Shown piece by piece: positions 16,378-24,908 of a stretch of 32,000 bases of DNA (positions within the stretch are counted from its first letter, which is position 1; the number at the start of each line of letters is the position of its first letter). Both the position numbers and the translations under genes were made by a program. This stretch comes from Candidatus Iainarchaeum sp. (GTDB lineage Archaea > Iainarchaeota > Iainarchaeia > Iainarchaeales > DTGL01): the NCBI GenBank assembly GCA_038736825.1, contig JAVYME010000001.1:102708-134707 (forward strand), in the 5' to 3' direction. The notes under the pieces were generated by a model, which saw only the letters and a list, made by a program, of their open reading frames with translations, ran no database searches and was not told the origin of the DNA.

Positions 16378-16926
16378 ATGGAACTAAAAATTGATTTCAA
16401 GGAACCGTATAAGGTGTCTCTCTCTGGACAAACAGTTACAATTTCAAAAGGGGAAAAAAGCGAATCCAAAACCTTTAGGTGCAAAAACGTTGATTTTGCA
16501 ATTGAAGGAAATTCCCTTGTTTTGAGAGGCCTCAACGAAAAAAAGAGAACAAGTTCAATCATTAAAACCGTAAAAAAACAGCTTGAAAACCTGGTTGTAG
16601 GCCTTGAAAAAGGCTATGAATACAGGCTAAGAGTGGTTTTCTCACACTTTCCAATAAACCTGCAAGTGTCAGGAAAAAATGTGGTGATAAACAATTTTGG
16701 CGGAGAAAAAAAACCAAGAAAGGCAAAAATTGTTGGAGAAAACACCAAAGTGGAAATAAAAGGCAAAGAAATAACAATAACCGGAAGCAACAGCGAACAC
16801 GTCGGCCAAACCGCGGCAAACCTTGAAAGGGCTACAGCTATAAAAAACAAAGACTTGAGGGTTTTCCAGGACGGAATTTACTTGATAAGCAAAGGCTTGG
16901 CGCAAAAAGAAAAGGAAGGTGCTTGA
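16378..16926 (+). CDS. rpl6: 50S ribosomal protein L6 (uL6)
   Basis: GYEYRLRVVFSHFPINLQVSG..VVINNFGGEKKPR; position in the cluster. Confidence 0.94.
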   Translation: MELKIDFKEPYKVSLSGQTVTISKGEKSESKTFRCKNVDFAIEGNSLVLRGLNEKKRTSSIIKTVKKQLENLVVGLEKGYEYRLRVVFSHFPINLQVSGKNVVINNFGGEKKPRKAKIVGENTKVEIKGKEITITGSNSEHVGQTAANLERATAIKNKDLRVFQDGIYLISKGLAQKEKEGA

Positions 16927-16927
16927 A

Positions 16928-17437
16928 ATGGCTGGAGAGAAAGAAACCGAAAAAAAAGCCATTGCAAAAAAAGACAAAGACAAAAAGCCGGAAACCAAAA
17001 AAAGCGAAGAAAAAAAGAAAACCTCAAAGGCTTACGCAAGAAAAGCAAAAATTGCAAAAAGCGCCATCCTGAAAAAGATTGCAATAAAAATTGCAAAAAA
17101 GAAAAGAAAAAAATTCCGCGGTAGGTTTGGCAAAAACTCCATTCGGAGAAAAAGCATAAAAAAATGGCAAAAATGGCGTTATCCGAGGGGTGCAGACCTG
17201 GAAAAAACCAAACAGTACACTTGCATGCCCTCAAGCGGCTGGCGTTCAAGAAAAGAAACCAGAGGATTGCACCCGAGCGGCTATAAAGAAAAAATTGTGA
17301 GAAACTTAAAAGAACTTGAAATGATTGCAGGGGAAAAAGAAACAGTTGCTGCAAGAATTGCAGCCACAACAGGTGGAAGAAAAAGAACTGAAATCATAAA
17401 AAAGGCAAACGAGTTGGGCATAAAAGTGTTGAATTAG
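16928..17437 (+). CDS. rpl32e: 50S ribosomal protein L32e (eL32) with a Lys-rich N-terminal extension
   Basis: Core FRGRFGKNSIRRKSIKKWQKWRYPRGADLEKTK...GLHPSGYKEKIVRNLKELE. ATG 16928 is preceded by AGGTG. Confidence 0.9.
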   Translation: MAGEKETEKKAIAKKDKDKKPETKKSEEKKKTSKAYARKAKIAKSAILKKIAIKIAKKKRKKFRGRFGKNSIRRKSIKKWQKWRYPRGADLEKTKQYTCMPSSGWRSRKETRGLHPSGYKEKIVRNLKELEMIAGEKETVAARIAATTGGRKRTEIIKKANELGIKVLN

Positions 17438-17445
17438 GTGAAAAA

Positions 17446-17895
17446 ATGAAAGGGGAGAAAGCGAAAAAAATCGCAGCGGAAATCCTTAACACTTCAAGCA
17501 AAAAAATCTGGGTTAACCCAGAAGAAAGCGAAGCACTAAAGGATGCAATAACAAAGGATGACATTCGCGCCCTAATAAAGGATGGAATAATAAAAAAGAA
17601 AAAAACCCCGTTTCAGAGCAGGGTTAGAGCAAGAGAGAAAAAAGCAAAAAAAGAAAAAGGCAGAAGGCGTGGTCCAGGCAGAAAAAGGGGAACCAAAAAA
17701 AACCGCATTGGAAAAAAGAAAAGCTGGATGAAAAGAGTGCGATCCCAAAGACAGGCATTGCGAGAATTAAGGAAAAGCGACAAAAAAGCTGTTGAAAAAA
17801 TCGGCTATAGAAAGGTTTACAGCATGATAAAAGGCAATTATTTCAAGGGAAAGCGCTATCTCGTGCAATTCGTTAAAGAAGGTGCTGGAAAATGA
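17446..17895 (+). CDS. rpl19e: 50S ribosomal protein L19e (eL19)
   Basis: KIAAEILNTSSKKIWVNPEE...DDIRALIKDGIIKKKK. Confidence 0.94.
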   Translation: MKGEKAKKIAAEILNTSSKKIWVNPEESEALKDAITKDDIRALIKDGIIKKKKTPFQSRVRAREKKAKKEKGRRRGPGRKRGTKKNRIGKKKSWMKRVRSQRQALRELRKSDKKAVEKIGYRKVYSMIKGNYFKGKRYLVQFVKEGAGK

Positions 17896-18482
17896 CCAAG
17901 GGAAAGGGAAAGCTAAAGTTCAGAAGGCGCAGGGAAGGCAAAACCGATTTCAAGAAAAGACTGGCATTGCTGAAAAGCGCAAAAAACCGCGCGGTTTTCA
18001 GGAAATCCAACAAGCGCATAATCATGGAACTCGTTGAATTCAAACCAGACGGCGACAAAACCCTTTTCAGTGTCAATTCCAGTGAACTCAAAAAAGCAGG
18101 CTTTCCGGGAAAATGCAACATTCCCTCAGCATACCTTGCAGGCTATTGGCTTGGAAAAAAAGCCATTGCAGCAGGAATCAGCGAAGCAATATTTGACATT
18201 GGAAGAAACACGCCCGTGCGCGGAGGAAGAGCCTTTGCTGCACTAAAAGGATTAATAGACGCCGGAATGAATGTGCCAGCTGGAGAGCAAGCATTCCCTT
18301 CAAAAGAAAGAATTGAAGGACAACACATAAAAAAATACGCGGAAAGCCTGGGTGAAAAAAAGGAAAAAAGGTTTAGCGGTTATGCAAAAGAAAAAATCAG
18401 CATTGAAAGCATTACAAGCCTTTTCAATGAAGCAAAGAAAAAAATAGACTCTTTTGAGGCAAAAGACAAGGTGGTCCAATGA
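17892..18482 (+). CDS. rpl18: 50S ribosomal protein L18 (uL18)
   Basis: FRRRREGKTDFKKRLALLKS...; ATGA overlap. Confidence 0.94.
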   Translation: MTKGKGKLKFRRRREGKTDFKKRLALLKSAKNRAVFRKSNKRIIMELVEFKPDGDKTLFSVNSSELKKAGFPGKCNIPSAYLAGYWLGKKAIAAGISEAIFDIGRNTPVRGGRAFAALKGLIDAGMNVPAGEQAFPSKERIEGQHIKKYAESLGEKKEKRFSGYAKEKISIESITSLFNEAKKKIDSFEAKDKVVQ

Positions 18483-19147
18483 AGCACGAGGAAAGAGAAG
18501 AAATGGAAAAAGAAAAAGAGCTAAGGGAATGGATTCCGAAAACTTCACTGGGCAGAAAAGTCATCAATGGCGAAATAAAATCACTGGAAGAAATACTGTC
18601 CAGCAATGTTCCAATACTTGAACCGGAAATCGTGGACTATCTTGAACCAATGGAAGAAAAAACCATAGATGTTCAAAAAACAGCCCGTGTCGTGAGAGCA
18701 GGCAGAAAGTTCTCCTTCCGGGTAAGCGTTCTCGTGGGAAACAGGAACGGAATTGTCGGCATAGGCACAGCCAAAGACAAAGAAAGATGGCCTGCCACAA
18801 GAAAGGCTGCAAGAAACGCAAAACTCAACCTAGTGCTTGTGAAAAGAGGCTGTGGAAGCTGGGAATGCCCGTGCAACACGCCACACTCTGTGCCATTCAA
18901 AGTGGAAGGCAAAAATGCTTCAGTAAGGGTAACCCTCATTCCAGCACCAAAAGGCCTTGGACTGGTGGCCGGCGACCACATAAAAGACGTGCTGGAACTC
19001 GCAGGAATAAAAGATGTTTGGACAAAAACAAGGGGGGCAACAGCAACAACCCTTAACTTTGCAAGAGCCACAATAGATGCACTCGCAGCAACCTCGCGGG
19101 TCAGGGTATCCAATGAAATGGAGAAAAAGCTTGAACTAGAAAGGTGA
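18479..19147 (+). CDS. rps5: 30S ribosomal protein S5 (uS5)
   Basis: WIPKTSLGRKV..., RAGRKFSFRVSVLVGNRNGIVGIGTAK, APKGLGLVAG. Confidence 0.95.
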   Translation: MKHEEREEMEKEKELREWIPKTSLGRKVINGEIKSLEEILSSNVPILEPEIVDYLEPMEEKTIDVQKTARVVRAGRKFSFRVSVLVGNRNGIVGIGTAKDKERWPATRKAARNAKLNLVLVKRGCGSWECPCNTPHSVPFKVEGKNASVRVTLIPAPKGLGLVAGDHIKDVLELAGIKDVWTKTRGATATTLNFARATIDALAATSRVRVSNEMEKKLELER

Positions 19148-19151
19148 TTTT

Positions 19152-19610
19152 ATGTTTGCAGTTATAAGAGTCAGGGGAAGCATTAAAGTAAACGCAAAAA
19201 TGGAGAAAACCCTTGCAATGATGAACCTTAACCGAGTAAACAGGCTCACCCTCTTGCCAGAGGAAGAGAAAACCAAAAAACTGCTCAAAAAAGCAGAAAA
19301 CTATGTTACTTGGGGCGAAATAAGCAAAGAAACCCTTGCAAGAGTGCTGGAAAAAAGAGGAAAGACAAGCATTGAAAAAAAAATCTCTCTGGACACATTA
19401 AAGGAAAAAAACATTAACTCTTTTGAAGAACTCGCGGAAAAAATCCTTGAAGGCAAAAAACCAAGAGATTTTGGCTTAAAACCATTTTTTGCACTAAAAC
19501 CGCCAAGCAAAGGCTATGAAAGAGCAGGAATAAAAAAACCATACGCAATAGGGGGAGCACTGGGTTACAGGGGCAAAGAAATAAACCAGTTAATTGAAAG
19601 AATGGTTTAG
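19152..19610 (+). CDS. rpl30: 50S ribosomal protein L30 (uL30)
   Basis: MFAVIRVRGSIKVNAKMEKTLAMMNLNRVNRLTLLP. Confidence 0.94.
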   Translation: MFAVIRVRGSIKVNAKMEKTLAMMNLNRVNRLTLLPEEEKTKKLLKKAENYVTWGEISKETLARVLEKRGKTSIEKKISLDTLKEKNINSFEELAEKILEGKKPRDFGLKPFFALKPPSKGYERAGIKKPYAIGGALGYRGKEINQLIERMV

Positions 19611-19619
19611 GTGAAAAAA

Positions 19620-20066
19620 ATGTCTGTTAGAAAGAGAAGGAAAAAAGACAAATTGCGAGGCCAGAGAACCCATGGAAAGGGGGACACAAAAAACAGGCGC
19701 GGTTCTGGCTCCAAGGGCGGAAAGGGAAGAGGCGGTTCCCACAAAAACAAGTGGAGCAAATACTATCTTGAATTTGGCGGAACAAAAAAAATGACGCCAA
19801 AGAAAAAACCACTGGCATTAAATGTTGGCGATTTAGAAAAAAAAGCAGAACAGTTGGCATTGGAAAAAAAAGCAGAGATTAAAGGAAACGAAATATTCAT
19901 TGATGGAAAAAATGCTGGCATTGGCAAAATCCTTTCCCGGGGAAATGTTTCAAAAAAGTTTTTCCTCAAAAATGTGAGAGTGAGCGCAAAGGCAAGGGAA
20001 AAAATAATTGCAGCTGGCGGAAAAATAGAGGAAACCGAAATTCAATCCAAAGAGAGCAAAAAATGA
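19620..20066 (+). CDS. rpl15: 50S ribosomal protein L15 (uL15)
   Basis: RKRRKKDKLRGQRTHGKGDTKNRRGSGSKGGKGRGGSHK. ATG 19620 sits 5 nt after AGGTGA. GTG 19611 is an alternative start. Confidence 0.93.
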   Translation: MSVRKRRKKDKLRGQRTHGKGDTKNRRGSGSKGGKGRGGSHKNKWSKYYLEFGGTKKMTPKKKPLALNVGDLEKKAEQLALEKKAEIKGNEIFIDGKNAGIGKILSRGNVSKKFFLKNVRVSAKAREKIIAAGGKIEETEIQSKESKK

Positions 20067-20084
20067 AAAAAAAGGCGATGCAAA

Positions 20085-21497
20085 ATGGGCATAGTTGACG
20101 CACTGGAACCCATTTATTCCATTCTTCCTGAAGTGAAAACCCCAGAAGTGGCTCCCCCGCTCAAAAAAAAGATAATGTGGAGTGCAGCAGCCCTGCTGAT
20201 ATTCTTTATTTTGGGCAGAATTTGGCTTGTGGGAATACCAAAAGAAGACCTAAACCAGTACAACCAACTGTTAGCGTTCCAAGAACTGCTGGCAAGCGAA
20301 ACTGGAACACTTTTGACTGCAGGAATCGGCCCAATAGTTTTCGCTTCAATCATACTGCAATTGCTGGTTGGAGCAAAAATAATAGAAATAGACTTAACTG
20401 ACCCAAAAGGCAAAGCCAAATTCCAGGGAATGCAAAAGCTTTTCACTATAGCAATGTGCTTTTTTGAAGGCATTATTTATCCGCTCAGTGGAATGCTGGG
20501 CCCCAATATTGGTTTTTCCAGTGCAGTCTTTTTGGGATTGCAAATAGCACTGGGCTCAATGATATTGTTGTATCTTGATGAAGTTGTAGGCAAATACGGA
20601 ATTGGCTCCGGAATAGGATTGTTCATTGCCGGAGGTGTAACGCAAAGCTTTTTCTGGCAGGTTTTCAGACCGCCATTATTTGAAAGCGAAGGCTTGGCTC
20701 CCGGAATAATCTGGCGTTTCATGTCAACACCAAACTTAATACTATTGCTTCCAATAATAGTTGCAATAATCATTTTCGCAATAATTGTTTACGCTGACGC
20801 AATCCATGTAAACATTCCAATAACAATGGGCAGAAGAGGCTTTGGCGGCAGATATCCTGTAAGCCTCTTGTATGTCAGTGTAATGCCAGTAATACTGGCA
20901 GTAGCGCTTTTTGCAAACATTCGGCTGTGGGGCTCACTTGTATCTAATGTGCCGTTTGTTGGTGATGCAATGCGTTATCTTATATGGGCTACGGGCAATC
21001 CAGTAAGCGCTCCTGGCTGGCAATACTTTGATTCATACATTTACAATTTATTTCCAGAACTAATAACTCAAATTGGAGCTTCAGGTTTTGAAATACTTGG
21101 AACAGTGGCCTGGCAAATGAGAATATTGCAAGGCATTGTCTACCTTTTATTTTTGTGCATAACCTGCGTTGTTTTCGGCAAATTTTGGGTTAAAATGGGC
21201 GGCCAGAGCTCAGAAGACATTGCAGAACAGCTTGAAAGCTCTGGCATGTATGTTCCAGGCTTTAGGAGAGACAGCAGGATAATAGAGAAAATCCTTGACA
21301 GATACATTCCCCCAATAGTTGTAATAGGCTCAATATTTGTAGCATTGCTTGCCGGAATAGGCAATATGACTCTCACTTCTGTAACCTCTGGAACAGGCAT
21401 TCTTTTGACAGTTGGAATAGTCTACAAATTGTACGAGCAAATTGCAAGAGAGCAAGCCAAAGAGTCAAGCGTGCTCTTGAAAAAACTTTTCATTTAG
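20085..21497 (+). CDS. secY: Preprotein translocase subunit SecY
   Basis: 470 aa with ten hydrophobic segments. Contains TLLTAGIGPIVFASIILQLL and GIGSGIGLFIAGGV. Canonical position after L15. Confidence 0.95.
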   Translation: MGIVDALEPIYSILPEVKTPEVAPPLKKKIMWSAAALLIFFILGRIWLVGIPKEDLNQYNQLLAFQELLASETGTLLTAGIGPIVFASIILQLLVGAKIIEIDLTDPKGKAKFQGMQKLFTIAMCFFEGIIYPLSGMLGPNIGFSSAVFLGLQIALGSMILLYLDEVVGKYGIGSGIGLFIAGGVTQSFFWQVFRPPLFESEGLAPGIIWRFMSTPNLILLLPIIVAIIIFAIIVYADAIHVNIPITMGRRGFGGRYPVSLLYVSVMPVILAVALFANIRLWGSLVSNVPFVGDAMRYLIWATGNPVSAPGWQYFDSYIYNLFPELITQIGASGFEILGTVAWQMRILQGIVYLLFLCITCVVFGKFWVKMGGQSSEDIAEQLESSGMYVPGFRRDSRIIEKILDRYIPPIVVIGSIFVALLAGIGNMTLTSVTSGTGILLTVGIVYKLYEQIAREQAKESSVLLKKLFI

Positions 21498-21543
21498 GAG
21501 GGAAAAGGTTTTATAATCATGGCTTTAAAAATATTATAATGGC

Positions 21544-21570
21544 GCCCAAAAGGGCTTTTCTGCATTTTTT
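21544..21570 (+). terminator. GCCC-AAAA-GGGC mini-hairpin followed by T4 and T6 tracts (possible terminator or attenuator after secY)
   Basis: Perfect 4-bp stem with a 4-nt loop at 21544-21555, then TTTT (21556-21559) and TTTTTT (21565-21570). AT-rich TATA-like boxes (TTTTATAAT, AAAAATATTATAAT) lie just upstream. Confidence 0.3.
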
Positions 21571-21579
21571 GGTGGTTTT

Positions 21580-22026
21580 ATGGTGTTTATTGACCCACTT
21601 ATAGAAGTTGCAATAATTGCAATTGCACTGGTAGCATTCAGCACTTTTATAAGAAACCGCTTTATGGACAAAGAAGCGGAAAAAGGCATGAAGGAAAAAC
21701 AAAAAGAATTCAAAGAACTCTTAAAAAGCAAGGACAAAGCCTCAATGAAAAGACTGGAAGAAGTGCAAAAGGAACTGCTTGAACTGCAATACAAGGTCAT
21801 GAGAAGCTCTATTCCCTCCATGCTCGTAATGCTTGGAGTGTTTTTCCTCCTATTACCCATAATGAATTCAAGTTATGGAGGCATACAATTCCCGCCAGCA
21901 CCCTACATAGTGCTTCCAGGGCAAAGCTGGATATGGTATTACATTCTCATAGGACTAATGGTTTCAATAGCGGTTGCAATCGGAAAAAAAATAATGAAAA
22001 AAAACAAGGAAACAAAAACAGAGTGA
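21580..22026 (+). CDS. DUF106 / EMC3-Oxa1-like membrane protein (archaeal YidC-like insertase)
   Basis: TM1, then a Lys/Glu coiled-coil (EKGMKEKQKEFKELLKSKD...LEEVQKELLELQ), then TM2-TM3. This is the standard neighbour of secY/adk/cmk in archaea. Confidence 0.75.
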   Translation: MVFIDPLIEVAIIAIALVAFSTFIRNRFMDKEAEKGMKEKQKEFKELLKSKDKASMKRLEEVQKELLELQYKVMRSSIPSMLVMLGVFFLLLPIMNSSYGGIQFPPAPYIVLPGQSWIWYYILIGLMVSIAVAIGKKIMKKNKETKTE

Positions 22027-22030
22027 TTTT

Positions 22031-22372
22031 ATGCCAAAACAAAGGGAAACCAGGAAAAAAAAGGTTTTCAGGAAAACCCCTGGCGGTAAAACCAAAACAG
22101 CCTTCCTGAAAAGGCGCACTTCAAGAAAAAAATGCTCTGTATGCGGCAAAAAAATCAGCGGAACACTTCCTGCAAAAAAAGAAGCAAAAGCCAGCAAAAC
22201 AGAAAAAAGACCTTCAGCACCACTTGCCGGCATACTTTGCAATTCATGCAGGGCAATTGCAGTGGAGGAAGCATTAAAGGTAAAGGAAGGCATTAAAAAG
22301 GAAAGCGAAGTGGAACTGCGCTTTAGGAAATACGCGCTTTCAGTCCTAAGCGGAATCAAAGGAGGGCTATAA
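22031..22372 (+). CDS. rpl34e: 50S ribosomal protein L34e (eL34)
   Basis: RKKKVFRKTPGGKTKTAFLKRRTSRKKCSVCGKKISG...LCNSC (zinc-ribbon Cys pairs). Confidence 0.9.
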   Translation: MPKQRETRKKKVFRKTPGGKTKTAFLKRRTSRKKCSVCGKKISGTLPAKKEAKASKTEKRPSAPLAGILCNSCRAIAVEEALKVKEGIKKESEVELRFRKYALSVLSGIKGGL

Positions 22373-22376
22373 AAAA

Positions 22377-22898
22377 ATGATTTTGGCAATTACAGGTTTG
22401 CCCGGGACTGACACCAGGAACCTGTGCAAAAGCCTGGCATTGCAGCTCGGCATAAAGTATTTGCCAAAAGAAAAAATCCTTGAAAAAACACTGGAGGAAA
22501 AAAAGGGCGGAGGAAAAAAAGAAGAAACAGAATTGAGCGAAGAATTCGTTCAAAAGCTAAGGCAGGCAATACTCGCAGAAGCAAAACAGGACCACATAAT
22601 AATAGACTGGGGCCTTGCAACATGGGTTTTGAACGAAGCAGACCTAAAAGTGTTCATTCTGTCCAAGCAAAAAAACCGCGCAATGGAAATTACAAAGGCA
22701 AAAAAAATTCCCTTTGTTGAAGCAAAACAGGAATTGGAAGAAATGGAGGAGGAAGAAAGAAAAAAACTCTTGCATTTTCTCGGCGTTAACATTCATGACT
22801 TGAAATACTTTGACTTGGTAATAAACGCAGACAAGCTTGAAATGGAAGGAATAACAGCAATAATAATGAAATTCATGAAAAACTTTAAGGTGAAATGA
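22377..22898 (+). CDS. Archaeal cytidylate-kinase-family protein with a degenerate P-loop
   Basis: Position and C-terminal two thirds fit archaeal CMK (IIIDWGLATWVL..., YFDLVINADKL). The Walker A position reads GLPGTDTRN instead of GxxGxGK[ST]. Confidence 0.7.
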   Translation: MILAITGLPGTDTRNLCKSLALQLGIKYLPKEKILEKTLEEKKGGGKKEETELSEEFVQKLRQAILAEAKQDHIIIDWGLATWVLNEADLKVFILSKQKNRAMEITKAKKIPFVEAKQELEEMEEEERKKLLHFLGVNIHDLKYFDLVINADKLEMEGITAIIMKFMKNFKVK

Positions 22899-23200
22899 TG
22901 CCCGCAATAGAAATAGGCAGAGTGTGTTATCTTGAAAGGGGCAGGAATGCAGGCACAAAAGCCATAATTGCCGAAAAACCAGAAGGCACAATCGTTACAG
23001 TGCTTGTTGGTGGAAAAAGAAAAAAATGCAATATCAGGCACTTGTTTCCAACAAAGGAAATTGTTGACATTAGAGAAATAAAAGAAGCAAAAGTTGAAGA
23101 AAAAAAAGCAGAAAAACCAGAAAAACCAAAACAAGAAAAGAAAAGGAAAGAAAAAAATAAAGAAAAGGCAAAAGAAGCCAAAAAAAAGAAAAAAAAGTGA
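22895..23200 (+). CDS. rpl14e: 50S ribosomal protein L14e (eL14) with a Lys/Glu tail
   Basis: IEIGRVCYLERGRNAGTKAIIA...KRKKCNIRHLFPT (KOW-like). ATGA overlap. Tail from ~23081. Confidence 0.9.
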   Translation: MMPAIEIGRVCYLERGRNAGTKAIIAEKPEGTIVTVLVGGKRKKCNIRHLFPTKEIVDIREIKEAKVEEKKAEKPEKPKQEKKRKEKNKEKAKEAKKKKKK

Positions 23201-23235
23201 AAAAATAGCGTTAAAAAATGTGGAAAGGGAAAAAA

Positions 23236-23751
23236 ATGAAACAAGAAACCGCAAAAGAAGAAATGCGCTACATTGTAAGGATTGCAGGAAAAGACCTTGA
23301 CGGCACCAAACCAATATTTTCAGCCTTAAGGGGAATAAAAGGAATAAGCCACAGGTTTGCAAGAGTTGCAGCAATACAATTCGAAAAAGAAACAGGCATC
23401 AAATTCGATTCAAGGCTTGGAACAATTCCAGAAAACCACGACAAAACCCTTGAAGCAATAATAACCGAACCAGAAAAGCACGGTTTTCCAGAATGGATGC
23501 TTAACAGGAGAAAAGACTTTTACACTGGAAAAAGCAGCCACCTAATCATGGGCGACCTAGACTTTGCAAAAAGAGAAGACATCAAAAGACTCAACATAAT
23601 AAAAAGCTATAGGGGCTTAAGGCACAGCTGGGGCTTGCCAGTAAGAGGGCAAAGAACAAAAAGCACTCACAGAGGCAAAGGCCCAGTAGTCGGAGTCATG
23701 AAAAAAGAAGCCAAAAAGGGTGGCGGCGGCCAAAAAAAAGAAGGAAAGTGA
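23236..23751 (+). CDS. rps13: 30S ribosomal protein S13 (uS13)
   Basis: RYIVRIAGKDLDGTKPIFSALRGIKGISHRFA..., YRGLRHSWGLPVRGQRTKS. ATG 23218 is an alternative start. Confidence 0.93.
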   Translation: MKQETAKEEMRYIVRIAGKDLDGTKPIFSALRGIKGISHRFARVAAIQFEKETGIKFDSRLGTIPENHDKTLEAIITEPEKHGFPEWMLNRRKDFYTGKSSHLIMGDLDFAKREDIKRLNIIKSYRGLRHSWGLPVRGQRTKSTHRGKGPVVGVMKKEAKKGGGGQKKEGK

Positions 23752-23757
23752 CAATAA

Positions 23758-24507
23758 ATGGGCGACCCCAAACGGCAGAAAAAACACTATGAGCGACCCA
23801 AAAAAATCTGGGATAAAGCAAAAGTGGAAGAAAGAAGGCATTTCACAGAAGCCTATGGCTTGAAAAACAAGAGGGAAATCTGGAAAAGCGAAACATTCCT
23901 GAGAAAAAAAAGAGCCAGTGCAAGAAAGCTTTTAGCACAACCAGTGGAAACAAGAAAACAAAGAGAAAAAGAACTATTGGAAAGCCTATTGAAAGTAGGC
24001 ATCTTGAAAAAAAATGCAACACTGGACGACGTGCTCGGCCTAAAAGTAGAAGCAGTGCTGGAAAGAAGACTGCAAACAATAGTTTGGAAGCAAGGACTGG
24101 CAGCCACGCTTAAACAGGCAAGACAACTAATAACACATGGACACATTGGAATAAACGGAAAAAAAATAACCGCTCCAGGCTACATTGTAAGAAAAGACGA
24201 AGAAACAAAAATAGGGTTTTTGGACAAAGCACTGGAAATAAAAATAAAAAAAGCAGCGCAAAAGAAAAAAGAAACCTTGAAACCAGAAGGAAAAGGCGCA
24301 GAAAACAAGCCAGTGGAAACAAAAACAGTCGCTCAAGAAACAATGCCGAAAGAGGAAAAAACTGAAAAAAAAGAAGACATTGAAAAAGAAAAACCAGAAA
24401 AAAAGGAAAGCAAAGCAAAACCAGAGCAAGCAAAAACAGAAAAACCGCACAAAAAAGAAACAATCCAGAGAAAAAAAACAGGCAAGGAAGGGCAAAAAGG
24501 AGAGTGA
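23758..24507 (+). CDS. rps4: 30S ribosomal protein S4 (uS4) with a ~75-aa Lys/Glu C-terminal tail
   Basis: MGDPKRQKKHYERPKKIWD..., S4 RNA-binding domain RRLQTIVWKQGLAATLKQARQLITHGHIGINGKKITAPGYIV. Tail from ~24241. Confidence 0.94.
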   Translation: MGDPKRQKKHYERPKKIWDKAKVEERRHFTEAYGLKNKREIWKSETFLRKKRASARKLLAQPVETRKQREKELLESLLKVGILKKNATLDDVLGLKVEAVLERRLQTIVWKQGLAATLKQARQLITHGHIGINGKKITAPGYIVRKDEETKIGFLDKALEIKIKKAAQKKKETLKPEGKGAENKPVETKTVAQETMPKEEKTEKKEDIEKEKPEKKESKAKPEQAKTEKPHKKETIQRKKTGKEGQKGE

Positions 24508-24513
24508 AAGGAA

Positions 24514-24903
24514 ATGGTTTCACAACGAGAAGGAATAATCCACATTTTTGCCTCACACAACAACACACTAATGCTCTTAACAGACATTACAGGCAGTGAA
24601 ACACTTGCAAAATGCACTGGCGGCATAGTGGAAAAATCCGACCACAAGCACGGCTCGCCATACACTGCAATGAAAATAGCTGAAATAATAGCAGAAAAAG
24701 CCAAAGAAAAAGGCATAACCAACGTAATAGTCAAAGTAAGAGCGCAAGGCGGCAACAAAAGCGCTTCCCCTGGAAAAGGAAGCGAAGCAGCAATAAGAAG
24801 CCTTACAAGAAACGGCATACGCATAAAATCAATAGAAAACGTAACACCAATACCGCACGATGGCTGCAGGAGAAAGAAAAAATTTAGATCAAAAAAGGGC
24901 TGA
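24514..24903 (+). CDS. rps11: 30S ribosomal protein S11 (uS11)
   Basis: GIIHIFASHNNTLMLLTDITGSETLAKCTGG..., NVTPIPHDGCRRKKKFR. Confidence 0.95.
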   Translation: MVSQREGIIHIFASHNNTLMLLTDITGSETLAKCTGGIVEKSDHKHGSPYTAMKIAEIIAEKAKEKGITNVIVKVRAQGGNKSASPGKGSEAAIRSLTRNGIRIKSIENVTPIPHDGCRRKKKFRSKKG

Positions 24904-24908
24904 AAAAA

